DNA of 64,000 bases. Origin: an uncultured Verrucomicrobiae bacterium. Its GTDB lineage: Bacteria; Verrucomicrobiota; Verrucomicrobiia; Chthoniobacterales; JAFAMB01. Positions 1-10,717 of the stretch are shown one piece after another (the stretch's first letter is position 1; each line of letters opens with the position of its first letter). Below the pieces are notes generated by a model, which ran no database searches, was not told where the DNA came from, and saw only the letters and a list, made by a program, of their open reading frames with translations. Location: the NCBI GenBank assembly GCA_963813025.1, contig CAWEXO010000011.1, positions 160,001 through 224,000 on the forward strand. Reading direction: 5' to 3'. A program made the translations under genes and the position numbers.

Positions 1-1818
1 ACGCGGATTCAAAAGCAATTCCAGGTAATGCTTTGAAGATTCCCGGACTTCGTCCGAGATCTTCGGTCGAAGACCGCCAGCGGTACCCCGTTCGAGTAGA
101 GTCAGGAAATTCAACCCTTCGATTTTTCCGCCGAACATTTCCTCCGTCGCGCGCGAGCACTCCGGCTGAACCACAAAATTATTGTCGATCAGGAACAATC
201 CATCGTTCACCGTTTCCAGAATCTTACGAACCTGCCGGTTCCGATCTTCGACTTGACCGATCATCTTGTTGAAGCGGCTGGCAAGAAATCCGATCTCGTC
301 CCGGCTGCTGACGGGAGCCCGCACTCCGAGATGCCCGGCCGCGATCCGTTCGGCCGCCGTCACCAGCTGCAAAATGGGTCGGGAAAGGAAATGGGAAACG
401 AGAATAGTCGCCAAGATCGCGGCCAGCAAAAGGACCAATCCGCCTTCGACAACCAGGCGAACCATTCGCGATGCCGGGGCAAACGCCTCTGCCGTATCCA
501 TGCGAACGACCAACCCCCAGTCCAGATCAGGAATGTTGAGCGGCCCGAAAGAGCTGAGCGACTCACGCCCGATCTCATCGACAAAAGTCGTTTCCCCGAC
601 GCTTGATAGCTCGTCGCTTGAGAAAACCCGGTTCACGGCGGCATTCATCAGAGGCAGGCTCAGGATGGCGCTCGGTGAACCCGGTGTGCCGTTGCTCAAG
701 TACGTCCGAGTCTTGTATTCCGCCGGCAACAGGTTTAGGAACCGAGGCTCAGTGCGCAGCTTCCGATCGGGACCGACGATGTAGGTTTCCCCGGTTTCGC
801 CCAAGCCAGCCTCGGTCCAGTGCTGACTGAAGCTCACTATATTGGTGAACTGGTAAGTCCTGAGCGCGTGCACCGCGATACCGATTCGTGAGCCTGTCCG
901 GCTTACGATCGGACTACCCAAAAACATGACGGGAGCATCGTAAGCTGCCGGATAGCGCTCAAAGTCGGTGAGCGAGACAAGTTCAGGCGATGAACGAACG
1001 GCACCCGTCAAAGGCATATACCAGGCGCCCAAAAAAGCCTTCTTCAGCGCGCCATGACTCTGCCATCCTTTCAGAACATTCGTCCCAAAATCCCAAGCCT
1101 TGTTGAAGGTGTAAATGAGATCACCATTGGCATCAATCAGGATGAGATCATCATAACCGTTGCGGCGCATCACCATCTCGAACGACGATTGGTAACGATC
1201 GATCGCGCGAGCATACATCGTTTTGGCAAAGGCCTGCCGGAAATCTTTTGGCAAGTTTTCGTTAGCAGCGATATCGCCCGAGAAGTTGTTGAGGAACTTA
1301 CTGCCCTGAGGCGCCGGATTCCGCAGGATATAGACATACTGCACCAGTACGCCCTGCCAGGTCAGCGCGTCGACAGCTTCTGCCTGTTCCAGCGGGCGTC
1401 CCAGTCCTTTCAAAGCTGGGAGCAGCGACTGATCGTACTGCTCTCGCAATTGCTGCCGCAGACTATCAATAAAAGCGTCGTCGACCTTGAATCCACCAGC
1501 GTCGAGGTCGTCCAGCAGATGATCGTAGGCTGACCCCAGTTCGCCAATGGCATACCGGAAGGTTTGCAGATCGGCCTGAGTAGCCAGATCGCGGCGCTGG
1601 TTTGTCAGAAACGTATTGACCGCCAGTGAAATTGACCGGCGCAGAGTTCGCAACTCCCCGAAGCGCACGTCGCGAAGCGAAAAGATGGATAGATAAAAGG
1701 TGGTGACCGCCAACACACCCAAGAGAAGAGCGCACAGGACAATAACAAAGCAGAGCAGCTTACTTCGGATCGACGGTCCCCGCGGACGCAACCGACTTTC
1801 CCGCGAATCCGAGTCCAT
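1..1818 (-). CDS. Membrane sensor protein (TM-Cache-like periplasmic domain-TM-HAMP-PAS), 3' end outside the window; probable histidine kinase or chemosensory protein
   Basis: Not in the ORF track; read by hand from the ATG at 1818: MDSDSRESR...SIRSKLLCFVIVLCALLLGVLAV (TM1), GLGETGETYIVGPD (Cache-type), TM2, HAMP (RPILQLVTAAERIAAGHLGVRAPVSSRDEIGFLASRFNKM), PAS (ILETVNDGLFLID). Confidence 0.8.
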   Translation of the reverse strand, partial: MDSDSRESRLRPRGPSIRSKLLCFVIVLCALLLGVLAVTTFYLSIFSLRDVRFGELRTLRRSISLAVNTFLTNQRRDLATQADLQTFRYAIGELGSAYDHLLDDLDAGGFKVDDAFIDSLRQQLREQYDQSLLPALKGLGRPLEQAEAVDALTWQGVLVQYVYILRNPAPQGSKFLNNFSGDIAANENLPKDFRQAFAKTMYARAIDRYQSSFEMVMRRNGYDDLILIDANGDLIYTFNKAWDFGTNVLKGWQSHGALKKAFLGAWYMPLTGAVRSSPELVSLTDFERYPAAYDAPVMFLGSPIVSRTGSRIGIAVHALRTYQFTNIVSFSQHWTEAGLGETGETYIVGPDRKLRTEPRFLNLLPAEYKTRTYLSNGTPGSPSAILSLPLMNAAVNRVFSSDELSSVGETTFVDEIGRESLSSFGPLNIPDLDWGLVVRMDTAEAFAPASRMVRLVVEGGLVLLLAAILATILVSHFLSRPILQLVTAAERIAAGHLGVRAPVSSRDEIGFLASRFNKMIGQVEDRNRQVRKILETVNDGLFLIDNNFVVQPECSRATEEMFGGKIEGLNFLTLLERGTAGGLRPKISDEVRESSKHYLELLLNPR

Positions 1819-1829
1819 GGTCGTGCGCG

Positions 1830-3047
1830 TCATAGTTTGCCGACCAAAGCAGGTCGCCTCAGCACCTGAACAACCCTCGCCCGGCCTCCGCTGATCTGAG
1901 TGAGAAACACGGGATGATCGCTTCTCGCCGCACTTGCCTCATTCTTCGTTGCCCGGAGATCCGAATTCTGCAAAGCTTTCAGGAAGCTTTGTCCGGTCAG
2001 TTCTGGACCCGCTTTATCCAAAGCGGAAACCAGGACCCTCGCGTTGACGTAACCCTCGAGTCCAGCATAAGTAAAGTCCTGCGAACCGACACTGCGCAAA
2101 TCGTCCTGGTATTCGCGCACGACCGGGTCCGACCGATTCTCCGGCGATGGAACAACCTCTGCAATGACCATTCCGTCGGCAGCGGACCCGAGCAGCTTGA
2201 TCAGGTTCTCTGTACCGGTTGGGCTCAAACAGGCAAAGATCACGCCGGTTAAGCCTCGGGCTCGCATGGCCGAAACCAGATTGGCGCAGGGCTGATAAGT
2301 TCCGACCAGCACGACCGCCTCGGGTTTGGCCGGCACCAGTTGGTCGAGCGCGGGTTGGACATCCACCGAATTGCGAATGTAAACGCCTTCTCCGGCTAAC
2401 TCGAGTCCCCGCTGGTGGAGAGCTTCCTCGAGCGCGTTTCGACCGGCATCGCCAAAAGCGTCATCCTGTCGAAAAAGACCGATGCGGGTTATGCCGAGAT
2501 CTTTCGTCAGATGGCTGACAATCATTTCGATCCGCTGCCGGGAAGTGGGGCGATTAACGAAGACCAGCGATTGCGCGGGATCGTCCGATTCCGAGTTGTT
2601 CGTAATAGCCCCGACGAGCGGAATATTCGCTTCGCGCAGCATCGGCCGGACCGCGTCGCAAACCGCGGTTCCCACATATCCGAACAAAGCAAAGACGCGA
2701 TCCTGGTTGATCAATCGCTCGGTGTTCACGACCGCGTTCAACGGTTCGTACCGATCGTCATAAGCAACTAGCTTCAGTTTTCGCCCGTGGACGCCTCCTT
2801 GCCGATTGACTCGGCCAAAATAGGCTTCCGTGGCGAGTTTGAGAGCGGAACCGACGGCCCCGAATCGGCCTGACTGGCAATTCGACATCCCGATGCGGAT
2901 CTCATCTTTCGCCAATGGTCGATCGCGGATCAGAAACTGCGCTGGACCGAGCTGGCAGGTAAACGACGCGGCGGCCAGCAAAAAAACGCGGAGACCAGCC
3001 CTGCAGAATACGAGCTGCGTTCTTTTAAACCGGGACTCTCGCCGCAT
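1830..3047 (-). CDS. Type 1 periplasmic binding protein (LivJ/branched-chain amino acid-like)
   Basis: GGVHGRKLKLVAYDDRYEP, VFALFGYVGT and QDDAFG motifs; ends 11 nt before the sensor ATG. Confidence 0.88.
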   Translation of the reverse strand: MRRESRFKRTQLVFCRAGLRVFLLAAASFTCQLGPAQFLIRDRPLAKDEIRIGMSNCQSGRFGAVGSALKLATEAYFGRVNRQGGVHGRKLKLVAYDDRYEPLNAVVNTERLINQDRVFALFGYVGTAVCDAVRPMLREANIPLVGAITNNSESDDPAQSLVFVNRPTSRQRIEMIVSHLTKDLGITRIGLFRQDDAFGDAGRNALEEALHQRGLELAGEGVYIRNSVDVQPALDQLVPAKPEAVVLVGTYQPCANLVSAMRARGLTGVIFACLSPTGTENLIKLLGSAADGMVIAEVVPSPENRSDPVVREYQDDLRSVGSQDFTYAGLEGYVNARVLVSALDKAGPELTGQSFLKALQNSDLRATKNEASAARSDHPVFLTQISGGRARVVQVLRRPALVGKL

Positions 3048-3199
3048 TAAGATTTCAGAGCACAAGCAGGCAGGTTGAGAACCGAGAAGATATCGCCGGG
3101 AGGCATAAAGTTCAACGCCCGCATTTTTTAGGCTCTTCCGCTACGCTGCCGGAAAGTCTCGATTTTGAAAACGCGGCGGCCGTTCCGGTCGGCGTGAGC

Positions 3200-3364
3200 G
3201 TGCTGCCGAGCGCGCAGCAATTGGGTGAAATCAACCGATTGATTGCTGCAGGGAAACTGAAAACCCATGTCGCAATGGTTCTACCGTTGGCGGAGGTCAG
3301 GAAGGCGCATCAGTTTTCTCAAAGCGGCCGGACCCGCGGCAAAATTATCTTGCGGCCAGGATAG
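3200..3364 (+). pseudogene. C-terminal remnant of an NADPH:quinone oxidoreductase (MDR family)
   Basis: Reads QQLGEINRLIAAGKLKTHVAMVLPLAEVRKAHQFSQSGRTRGKIILRPG*; no N-terminal part upstream. Confidence 0.65.
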
Positions 3365-3414
3365 TCTTGCGAACCTGAGAGCGAGAACCCCGCGGCGGTG
3401 ACGTAACATATTCG

Positions 3415-3670
3415 CGATGGGCAGCATCCGATATTCCGTATCAAACCCACGCCGGGTTTGCAGCAAGCGCATTACTGCTTCCGGCGTCGGTGCTCGATCC
3501 TCGGGGTGTACGCGATCGATAAATTTTTGAAAGTCGAGCCGTTCACTCGCCTCGAAGCCGAAAAGCGAGCGACATTTTGCCGTCGCCAAATCTTGTCGTG
3601 CGGAATGTCTTACACCCACATCCCGAGGTTCGCCGATTCCGCAGCGAGGCTCATCCGCTCCTCGCTGTCA
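3415..3670 (-). pseudogene. PAS-domain remnant of a sensor kinase
   Basis: EERMSLAAESANLGMWV*DIPHDKIW...RSLFGFEASERLDFQKFIDRVHPEDR...FDTEYRML, with an internal stop and a frameshift. Confidence 0.6.
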
Positions 3671-4031
3671 CGCAGCGATCCAGCCGCCCCTTTCCACCTC
3701 GAGCGCTGAACGATTAAGCCCACGATGAGCTCCTGGCCTATGTTGGTGGTTTGGCACAGCATCAAGCTTATCAGCAGCTCCGTTTGGCAAATAAATTGGC
3801 TAACGAAAATCTCGAAGCCGCGGAGATTAACCGGGATGCATCGATGGATTGGGGCCGGTGGGGCGGATGGGGAGGCGCGGGATGGGTAAGGCTAAGATAA
3901 TGGACCGATACGGAACAGTGGCGCGCGAGCGCCCCGGAGCGCGCTCTTTACGGAAGCCATCCCGAACTCATACCAGGTTAAAGTGCGACAACGACAAAGA
4001 TAGACGTATTCTGAAACAGGTGGAATTAACT

Positions 4032-5519
4032 ATGAATCATTCGACGGAAAGGAACTTTGCGACTACGCCAAGGCAGGTTTCCAGGAAGAAAGCGCGGTTG
4101 CTGCCCCTCCTTCCTTTGGCCTTTACGCTGCTATTGGCCGCTTGTGCCGCATATGGACCCTACCACCCCAATACATCCAGTGAGCCGCTCAATTCAGTCC
4201 GGGGACCCGCCGATGGCCGCTACAAATTGGCCTTCGTCGAATTCGGTGATCAAGGTTCGGCGCTTGACACATCCCAGCGAACAGCTGCGCTGGATATCAT
4301 CCACCAAGCTCCACGCCCGATGCTTTTTGTCTATATTCACGGCTGGCAGAACAATGCAAACTCAGGCGATGTCTGCCGCTTCGAGCACTTCATTGATACA
4401 ATGTCGCGCTTTCCCGAGGTCACGGGGCGAAAGCTTAACGTGATTGGGGTCTATATCGCGTGGCGCGGCGAAGACATTACCCTACCCATAGCGAAATTTC
4501 TTACGTTCTGGAGCCGCAAGTCCGCTGGCTCTACAATCGCCGCACAAAACGGCATCCTGGCGGCGATCAGCGAACTCGCCTTGGCAGCGCGCGCCCCTGA
4601 CAAGACGTTTCACCATTGCGTGCTGTTAGGCCATTCTTTTGGCGGACTCGTGCTGGAGAATACAATTTCTCATTCTATCCTTGATGCCAGCAGCGCAGGT
4701 TCGCGCAATACCAGCCCATGGGACATGGCCGTGGCCTTTAACCCGGCGGATAGCTCTATCGGTACCCGGCAGTTGATGTCGGAACTCGACTACCTTTATC
4801 AGTACGACCCGGTACGGCATGGGTACGTCGCTCGATCTCCCGGAGCTGAAAAGGGCGACGTCCTGGGCGAAAACCGTCCATTCCTTGTCATTCTCCAATC
4901 TGAAAACGACAAAGCGACAGGTCAATTCTTTCCGATGGGCACAGAACTCTTTAATATCGTAAATCTGCGTGCCCATTGGGATAGAGTTCCTCTGCCCGGC
5001 AGCAACGGACAAAAAATGTCGGAGAGAGAATTCTATACCCATACACCCGGCAACAATAAGTACCTGGTCAATTACCACGTCGTTCCACTTGGAGGAGCTA
5101 CGCCGCCGCCAGTCCTGCGATCCGGCGAAAACAGGGCGTTCCAAGCCAATATCAGGGAGAACCACCCGAACTATACTTTTTATACGAGCGAGCATAACGA
5201 CGGCCACGAGGACCGCTTCTGCCACGGCTCAAACTATAACCCCGATGAAATACGTCCTGTTACCGGACGAGAAACATGGCGCCGGTGGCAATTTGTTTAT
5301 TCTGGAAATGCCCGCGTGCCGTGCTGGATTGTGCGCGTGCCGAAAGAGATTATTTGGGGGCATGGCGGATTATGGAGCGACAACTCTGTTGCCATGCTGG
5401 CAGCTCTCTTTCGCATCCATTTCCCGTTGACCGCTGAAGGCGGGATAGTTCCTCCATCGCCGCGTCTCGCCCCAAAAACTCCCGACCTTGAAGGACTCAA
5501 GCAGGATAGGCTGCACTAA
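4032..5519 (+). CDS. Putative lipoprotein with alpha/beta-hydrolase fold
   Basis: Lipobox LLAAC, VYIHGW oxyanion-type motif, GHSFG nucleophile elbow. Confidence 0.7.
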   Translation: MNHSTERNFATTPRQVSRKKARLLPLLPLAFTLLLAACAAYGPYHPNTSSEPLNSVRGPADGRYKLAFVEFGDQGSALDTSQRTAALDIIHQAPRPMLFVYIHGWQNNANSGDVCRFEHFIDTMSRFPEVTGRKLNVIGVYIAWRGEDITLPIAKFLTFWSRKSAGSTIAAQNGILAAISELALAARAPDKTFHHCVLLGHSFGGLVLENTISHSILDASSAGSRNTSPWDMAVAFNPADSSIGTRQLMSELDYLYQYDPVRHGYVARSPGAEKGDVLGENRPFLVILQSENDKATGQFFPMGTELFNIVNLRAHWDRVPLPGSNGQKMSEREFYTHTPGNNKYLVNYHVVPLGGATPPPVLRSGENRAFQANIRENHPNYTFYTSEHNDGHEDRFCHGSNYNPDEIRPVTGRETWRRWQFVYSGNARVPCWIVRVPKEIIWGHGGLWSDNSVAMLAALFRIHFPLTAEGGIVPPSPRLAPKTPDLEGLKQDRLH

Positions 5520-5539
5520 AGGAATTTCGGCGCCAAATC

Positions 5540-6514
5540 TGGGCACCCCCGTCACGATCCCGATCGTTGTGGGTCTGAAGGAATTACACCTGAAAGCTTC
5601 CCACCTGGGATACCTGTTCACGGCCATGGCCGTCGGCGCCGTCATCAGCGGCAGTTTCATCATTCCGTGGGCGCGCGCCGAGTATTCGCCGCAACGGGTC
5701 ACGACCGCCGCGAATTTCGTGTTGCTGCTGGTTTGCTGCCTAATGGCTTTTGTCCATCGACCCTACGTATTCTTGGTGGTTGCCGGGCTCGCGGGCATGG
5801 GATGGACCCTTTCGGCTTCCGAGCTCTGGGCAGCAAGCCAACGTGCGATGCCGGACTGGGCACGGGGACGCATGAACGCGACCATGGTCATGGTCTCGCA
5901 GGCGGCAACGGCGCTGGGCGGAATCATCTGGGGATTGGCGGCGCATCTTCTGGGGGTCGTTCCCACGTTCCTGGGAGGTGCCGTGGTGGGCACCTTGATC
6001 ATGATCGTGGTCCGTGTAGTTCCCCGCCTTCAGATCTCGATCGACATACCAAAGCCTCACGTTTGAGTCGACGCCGGTCTCCATCTTCGGCCAAGGCCTT
6101 GAGCCGGGCCGGTCGCCTGCGCACGAAGATGGGCCGGTATCCGTCACCGCCGAATTCCAGATTGATCCGACGCGCCGAAACGAATGCATCAACTTGATGC
6201 GCGACGCCCGCCTGATCTTTTTGCGAAATGGCGCCTTCCCGTGGCATTTGTACGAGGATCTTCATCAGCCGAACAAATTCCGGATGGAAGTGGTGGTGCC
6301 TTCCTGGAAGCAACACTTACTCCAACGCGAGCGGATGACAAAGCAGGAAAAGGACGTCCTGCTCAAGCTTCGTGGCTTGCGAACCGATCCCAACCCTCCG
6401 GAGGAATGGATCTTTCTGTCTGTGCAGAAGGAAGTTCTTAACAAGGCAGTTAGGACAGGGGAGACTGCCGTCCAATCACCTCGATCAATAAGCGCCTCCC
6501 CTGAGCAAGGCTAA
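5540..6514 (+). pseudogene. 5'-truncated MFS transporter (MFS_3/DUF894-like) with C-terminal soluble domain; frameshift near 6060
   Basis: QRAMPDWARGRM motif and tail MRDARLIFLRNGAFPWHLYEDL...WKQHLLQRERMTK; the N-terminal half is absent. Confidence 0.7.
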
Positions 6515-6899
6515 CTAAGTTATGCGCGACCCTTGCAGACCCGGCGAGTCGTCCTACGCGATGGGCAAGCGTTTTTCCTCGCAGGAGGTGATGAAGCAAG
6601 AAACCACGCGCAACCTAGCCGCGGACGCGAGACCGTTTGCTCAACTTCGAGGTCGGTTCTAGTTGGCTGGTGTCAGTTCACTGACACGGTTTTGGAAGGG
6701 AACTCGGCCAGACCTGGCAACACGCCACCGAGGAACTGGCGAATCGGTATCTGGTGCCGTCCGGCGAAGAAACTTCTCACTTAAGCATTTAAGCCTGCGT
6801 CAGTTCTTCCAAGTGGTGCTCGGAGCTCGGACCATGTTCCTCCACAAAATCCGCTTGGCCTCCTCCCAGGATGCGCTAATCTGCTTCTCCTCGGAAAAC

Positions 6900-6972
6900 G
6901 GTGGCCGTAGCTCAATGGTAGAGCCCTGGATTGTGGTTCCAGCTGTTGCGGGTTCGAGTCCCGTCGGCCACC
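6900..6972 (+). tRNA. tRNA-His (GTG)
   Basis: G-1 plus acceptor stem GTGGCCG/CGGCCAC, D arm AGCTCAATGGTAGAGC, anticodon arm CTGGA-TTGTGGT-TCCAG, T loop GGTTCGAGTCC; CCA not encoded. Confidence 0.96.
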
Positions 6973-7056
6973 CCGTGCTGGTGCTTCGTCACCGGGACAA
7001 CCATTCGCTGATAGCGATCGAGACTCGCCATCTAGCTAAAGCCTGTTGCGAAATGG

Positions 7057-7399
7057 TTAAATTTTTTTCGCCTTGGTCGCGATGAGTCGCTCCTTGTTTA
7101 AGGAGGCAAGTTCGCGCAAACGATCCTGAAGTTGAGACCAAGCGTCGACTCCCAGCCGGATTTGAGCCTCTAGATGGTGGGGAACATAGTAGCCGGTGGT
7201 TTTTCCGGTCTTTCCGCGATAGCTGATATATAAATGTGGACCGTGTTTAGGGCCGCCATGGTGGCAGCGGCAGTCTGGATTTCCACATCGGGCGATAAGT
7301 CTCAGATAACGATCCGTAAATGGCCGCCTGTGCCAATTGCCTAATCTGCCTGAGCAGTTGCAGCCGGGCAGCGGAAGCTTGGTTTTTGGTCGTTGGCAT
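7057..7399 (-). CDS. DUF6788-like IS accessory protein (Cys/His-rich), one frameshift near 7290
   Basis: Reconstructs to MPTTKNQASAARLQLLRQIRQLAQAAIYGSLSETYRRCGNPDCRCHHGGPKHGPHLYISY...; stop overlaps the TIR. Confidence 0.75.
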
Positions 7400-8126
7400 C
7401 GCTTCACCCACTACGACAGCGCTCATTGCCGTTCTTCACACGGGCTCGACTCATCGCCACAAGATTGTGGGCGATGATGCACCAGCCAACGTGTCTTTCA
7501 AATCCAATCTCACCCTTGTAAAAGGCCCGCCGCATGCCGAAACAGTGTTTGAGCGTGCTCAGCCGCGCTTCAATGCCTGTTCTCCAGCCTTGGCCACGCC
7601 GAAACCAGCGCTGTTTCTGTCGCGCAGCTCGGGCGGCGCTTAAGCGACCGCAGCTCGGCAGCACTACTTGCTTGACTCCCAGCTCCAAGCGCAGCCTTTT
7701 CGTTGGCACTACTCCAGAAGCCTCGGTCAGCCGCAGCCAATTCTGGTGCTCGACCGAATCGCTCCAGATGTGTTTCCAGCGCCGGCATCCACTGTTGCCG
7801 ATCGCAAAGGTTGCCCGGGGCCACAGCATAATTGCTGACCAGCCCGTTTTCGACTTCGTCGATCCGGACCAAGCGACCAAATTCATTGGGTTTGTGAGCT
7901 TTACCCTTGCGAATGACCACACTGTGGGGCTCAAAGAGGCTCAAGATTTTCTCCGGATGGCGCGTCTGTGCCTGGAAAATTCGCGCCCGACTCTGAGCGA
8001 TAACTTTCTCAACCAAGGGCAGGTAATGTTTGAGAGAAGCTTCTGCTGCAAGGACCTTCAAAGAAGTCTCCTGCCGGGCCACTTGTACTTGCCCCGAAAA
8101 AACGGACTCGAAATATGATCGGTTGG

Positions 8127-9164
8127 TTAGCTTAGTTTCTCGTGGGTTGCAAGGCAGAAGGCTGCACTTCGGGCAAGGTCGCAATCCGGCATAAACGGCA
8201 GCCTTCCCGCGCTTTCGCGCGGGCCCCTGCCATTTATTCCGTTTGCTCGTTTGCCCTTCGTTTCACCTTCTGCGGAAGGGGTAGCCATCACTTTTTCCTT
8301 CGAAAAAGTTGTTCTCTGTTTCTGTTGGTAAGCCGCTTCGTATTGGCGGGGCGTTTGATATCCTAACGCGCTGTGGAGACGTTTGTTGTTGTAGTAGACC
8401 TCGATGTATTCGAAGATGGTACTCCGGGCTTGAGCCTTGGAAGCGAAGCAGTTGGTCACCGGAAAACATTCGGTTTTTAACGTACTGAAAAAGGCTTCCA
8501 TCTTGGCGTTGTCATAGCAATTGCCGGCGCCACTCATGCTCTGGCAGGCTTGGATGACCTCCAGCGGTTTGCGCACTGCTTGGCTGGTATACTGACAGCC
8601 CCGATCGGTGTGAAAATATAGCCCCGGTGGTGGTTGGCGCAGCACCAGGGCGTTGTGGAGCGCTCTGACCACCAGACTGGCCTCCAGGCTCTCGGCCAGC
8701 TTCCAGCCCACCACCCGGCGACTAAAGAGGTCCAGAATAATCGCCAGATAAAGCCAGCCTTCGGCCGTCGCGACATAGGTGATATCACTCAGCCAAATCT
8801 GATCTGGCCCCTCGGAGACAAGCTCCGCAATCCGATTGGGTTCGGCCTCTTGGCCAGCCACGGTTGTCCGGGGACGAAAAGCACGTTTTTTCCGAGCCAT
8901 CAGCTTCTGCTCCCGCATGAGCCGAGCGACCCGATTCTTCCCCACTCGCCGGCCGGCAGCGCGCAAAGCCAAGGTGACTCGTGGACTGCCGTAACGTTGC
9001 TCATTTTGCGCGAAGATTTCCTGAATCTCGCTGAGCAATTGAGCTTCTGCTCGGGCGCGCTGGGTGACTTCCCCTTTTTTCCACTGGTAATACCCGCTGC
9101 GCGATATCCCAAGAGCGGCGCAACTTTCCTTGACGCCATACTGAACCGAGAGCCCTTCAATCAT
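8127..9164 (-). CDS. IS3 transposase OrfB (integrase core)
   Basis: YGSPRV, WLSDITY, DLFSRRVVGW, HTDRGCQY, GNCYDNAKMEAFFSTLK, YYNNKRLHSALGY. Confidence 0.93.
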   Translation of the reverse strand: MIEGLSVQYGVKESCAALGISRSGYYQWKKGEVTQRARAEAQLLSEIQEIFAQNEQRYGSPRVTLALRAAGRRVGKNRVARLMREQKLMARKKRAFRPRTTVAGQEAEPNRIAELVSEGPDQIWLSDITYVATAEGWLYLAIILDLFSRRVVGWKLAESLEASLVVRALHNALVLRQPPPGLYFHTDRGCQYTSQAVRKPLEVIQACQSMSGAGNCYDNAKMEAFFSTLKTECFPVTNCFASKAQARSTIFEYIEVYYNNKRLHSALGYQTPRQYEAAYQQKQRTTFSKEKVMATPSAEGETKGKRANGINGRGPRESAGRLPFMPDCDLARSAAFCLATHEKLS

Positions 9165-9493
9165 CGCATACCGGGATTCGGTTCTTCCCCCAGGATGCTC
9201 ATCGCTTTTTTTAAGATTTCCCGTTGGCGTTTGAGATACTCAATCTCTTTGTGCTGCTGCCGAATCAGCTCCGCCATTTCTTCAGGACTTTTCATCTCCC
9301 CGTTGATCTCGGCGGGCACTTGCTGGCCCAGATACGCCTTTTTCCAGAGGTTTAAACTGTACGCGCTGACGTCCAGCTCCCGGGCCACTTGCCGCTGTGT
9401 TTTGCCGCTGTGGATGATCAGTTCCACCGCTTGGCGTTTGAATTCTTCCCCGTATCGACGGGCCATTTTACTCTTCTTCACGGTCTCGTTCAT
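9161..9493 (-). CDS. IS3 transposase OrfA (HTH)
   Basis: RRYGEEFKRQAVEL...VARELDVS...LKRQREILKKA; ATGA overlap with orfB. Confidence 0.9.
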   Translation of the reverse strand: MNETVKKSKMARRYGEEFKRQAVELIIHSGKTQRQVARELDVSAYSLNLWKKAYLGQQVPAEINGEMKSPEEMAELIRQQHKEIEYLKRQREILKKAMSILGEEPNPGMR

Positions 9494-10717
9494 TTTACTT
9501 TGAGTTCCCGTGTCCGCCAATTCGGGGGAGGTTCAACTAATTGGCCATTTTTGAGAGCCCTAAGCACCGATAGGCCCTGAGTCCTTACTCCTTGGGTCAG
9601 TCCGATGAGCTTTTTATAGCTTTGCTTTAACTGCTCCTGGCCTGCTTGCGTACAAGTCCGGGCCGCTCGGCCAATCTCCAACACTCGATGTTTGACCGCC
9701 CGAGCATGATGGACAATGCGAAGCTCCGATTCCTGACAACCTCCGGCGATACGTTGCAAAGACCGGCTCATGACCCGCACTGAATCGGCCAGCAACGAGC
9801 TGTCGGTTGGGTGGTGAATATTCGTTTCGACCGCGGTGGTATCGGTGCGCAGCTTCTTTCCGGCAATGATGGTCGCCTCTTTGGCCTGCTCTACGATCTG
9901 CTGGTGAATCTGCTGGAGTGCCTTCCTTGCCAAAGAGCGCAAAAGCCCGACACAGATTGCTAAAATCTGGAATCGGATCCTCATAAAAGCGCGTGAAGCG
10001 TCGATAGAGAAGGCTGACTCGCAGTTCGTGGTGCAGTTCACGGTAGGACCAACCTTTGATGTGCTTAAGCACCGCACAGCGCAGCAGCCGATCCGGCGCA
10101 ATTCCTTCGCGGCCAACTTTGCCTGAGCCTGGCGAGCGGCTCGTCAAAGCCCGAGTGCTCAAAGCCAATAAGCCCGGGTCGTCAAGCAGCCCATCAACCG
10201 AATCGAGCACCGGGTCAGTAATGGTGGCTACTTCCTTGAAGAAAGCGAAAGCAAATAGAGAAGCTGGCCGAACGGTCTTACCGATCACTACCTAATCGAT
10301 ATAGTCGATTAGGTAACTCCCGACAACAACAAAATCAAAATTTCTTTGAAGAACTACTCGTTCGCCCTCCGCCGCGCCACGCCGAGGGGAAAAACCATTT
10401 CGCAACAGCCTTTAGCTAGAACGCGGGCGGGCCTCAAGAGGATGTGGATCGCCGCGGTCTCGCAGCTGTTCATAGTTTCTAACCGACCGTCCTTAAATCG
10501 TTGACGATAAGCCAGCGAGGGTGGTAAATAATGCTCAGACGTACTGCGGACTGGAGATTGCCATCATGCAAACAACGCCGAAGCCGAGCTGGATCCAACG
10601 CGCTGAGGATTGAGGACGAGGAGCGGTAACGGGGTGTTCCAGCATAAGACCGACTGGTGAGGAGCTATGGTCGGGTTGCGCACAGGCTGTGCCACCTTTC
10701 TAAGGCGAAGCCGGCGA

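Larger units (their letters stand above)
8084..9535 (-). mobile_element. IS3-family insertion sequence
   Basis: TG...CA ends with imperfect IRs (TGAACCTCCCCCGAA / TGTACTTGCCCCGAA), 3-bp target duplication ACT (8081-8083; 9536-9538), orfA/orfB in -1 register. Confidence 0.93.
7404..10288 (-). pseudogene. ISNCY-type DDE transposase split by the IS3 insertion; extra single-base frameshifts near 9920 and 7687
   Basis: LRTDTTAVETNIHHPTDSSLL, KILSLFEPH..IRKGKAHKPNEFG, ADRGF, GIEARLSTLK; removing 8084-9535 and one ACT copy rejoins LKNGQLV|ARQETSLK in frame. Confidence 0.88.
7036..10415 (-). mobile_element. ISNCY/IS5-like insertion sequence (transposase plus DUF6788-like gene), interrupted by an IS3 element
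   Basis: 23-bp terminal inverted repeats CTAAAG(C/G)CTGTTGCGAAATGGTT with one mismatch (7036-7058; 10393-10415), flanked by CTAG at 7032-7035 and 10416-10419. Confidence 0.9.

Noticed and set aside
33..1894. Plus-strand ORFs at the window start, and similar antisense ORFs elsewhere
   Set aside because: Shadow frames of genes with clear motifs on the opposite strand.
10501..10613. TTGACG promoter-like sequence with a 15-codon ORF (MQTTPKPSWIQRAED)
   Set aside because: Too short and unsupported to call.
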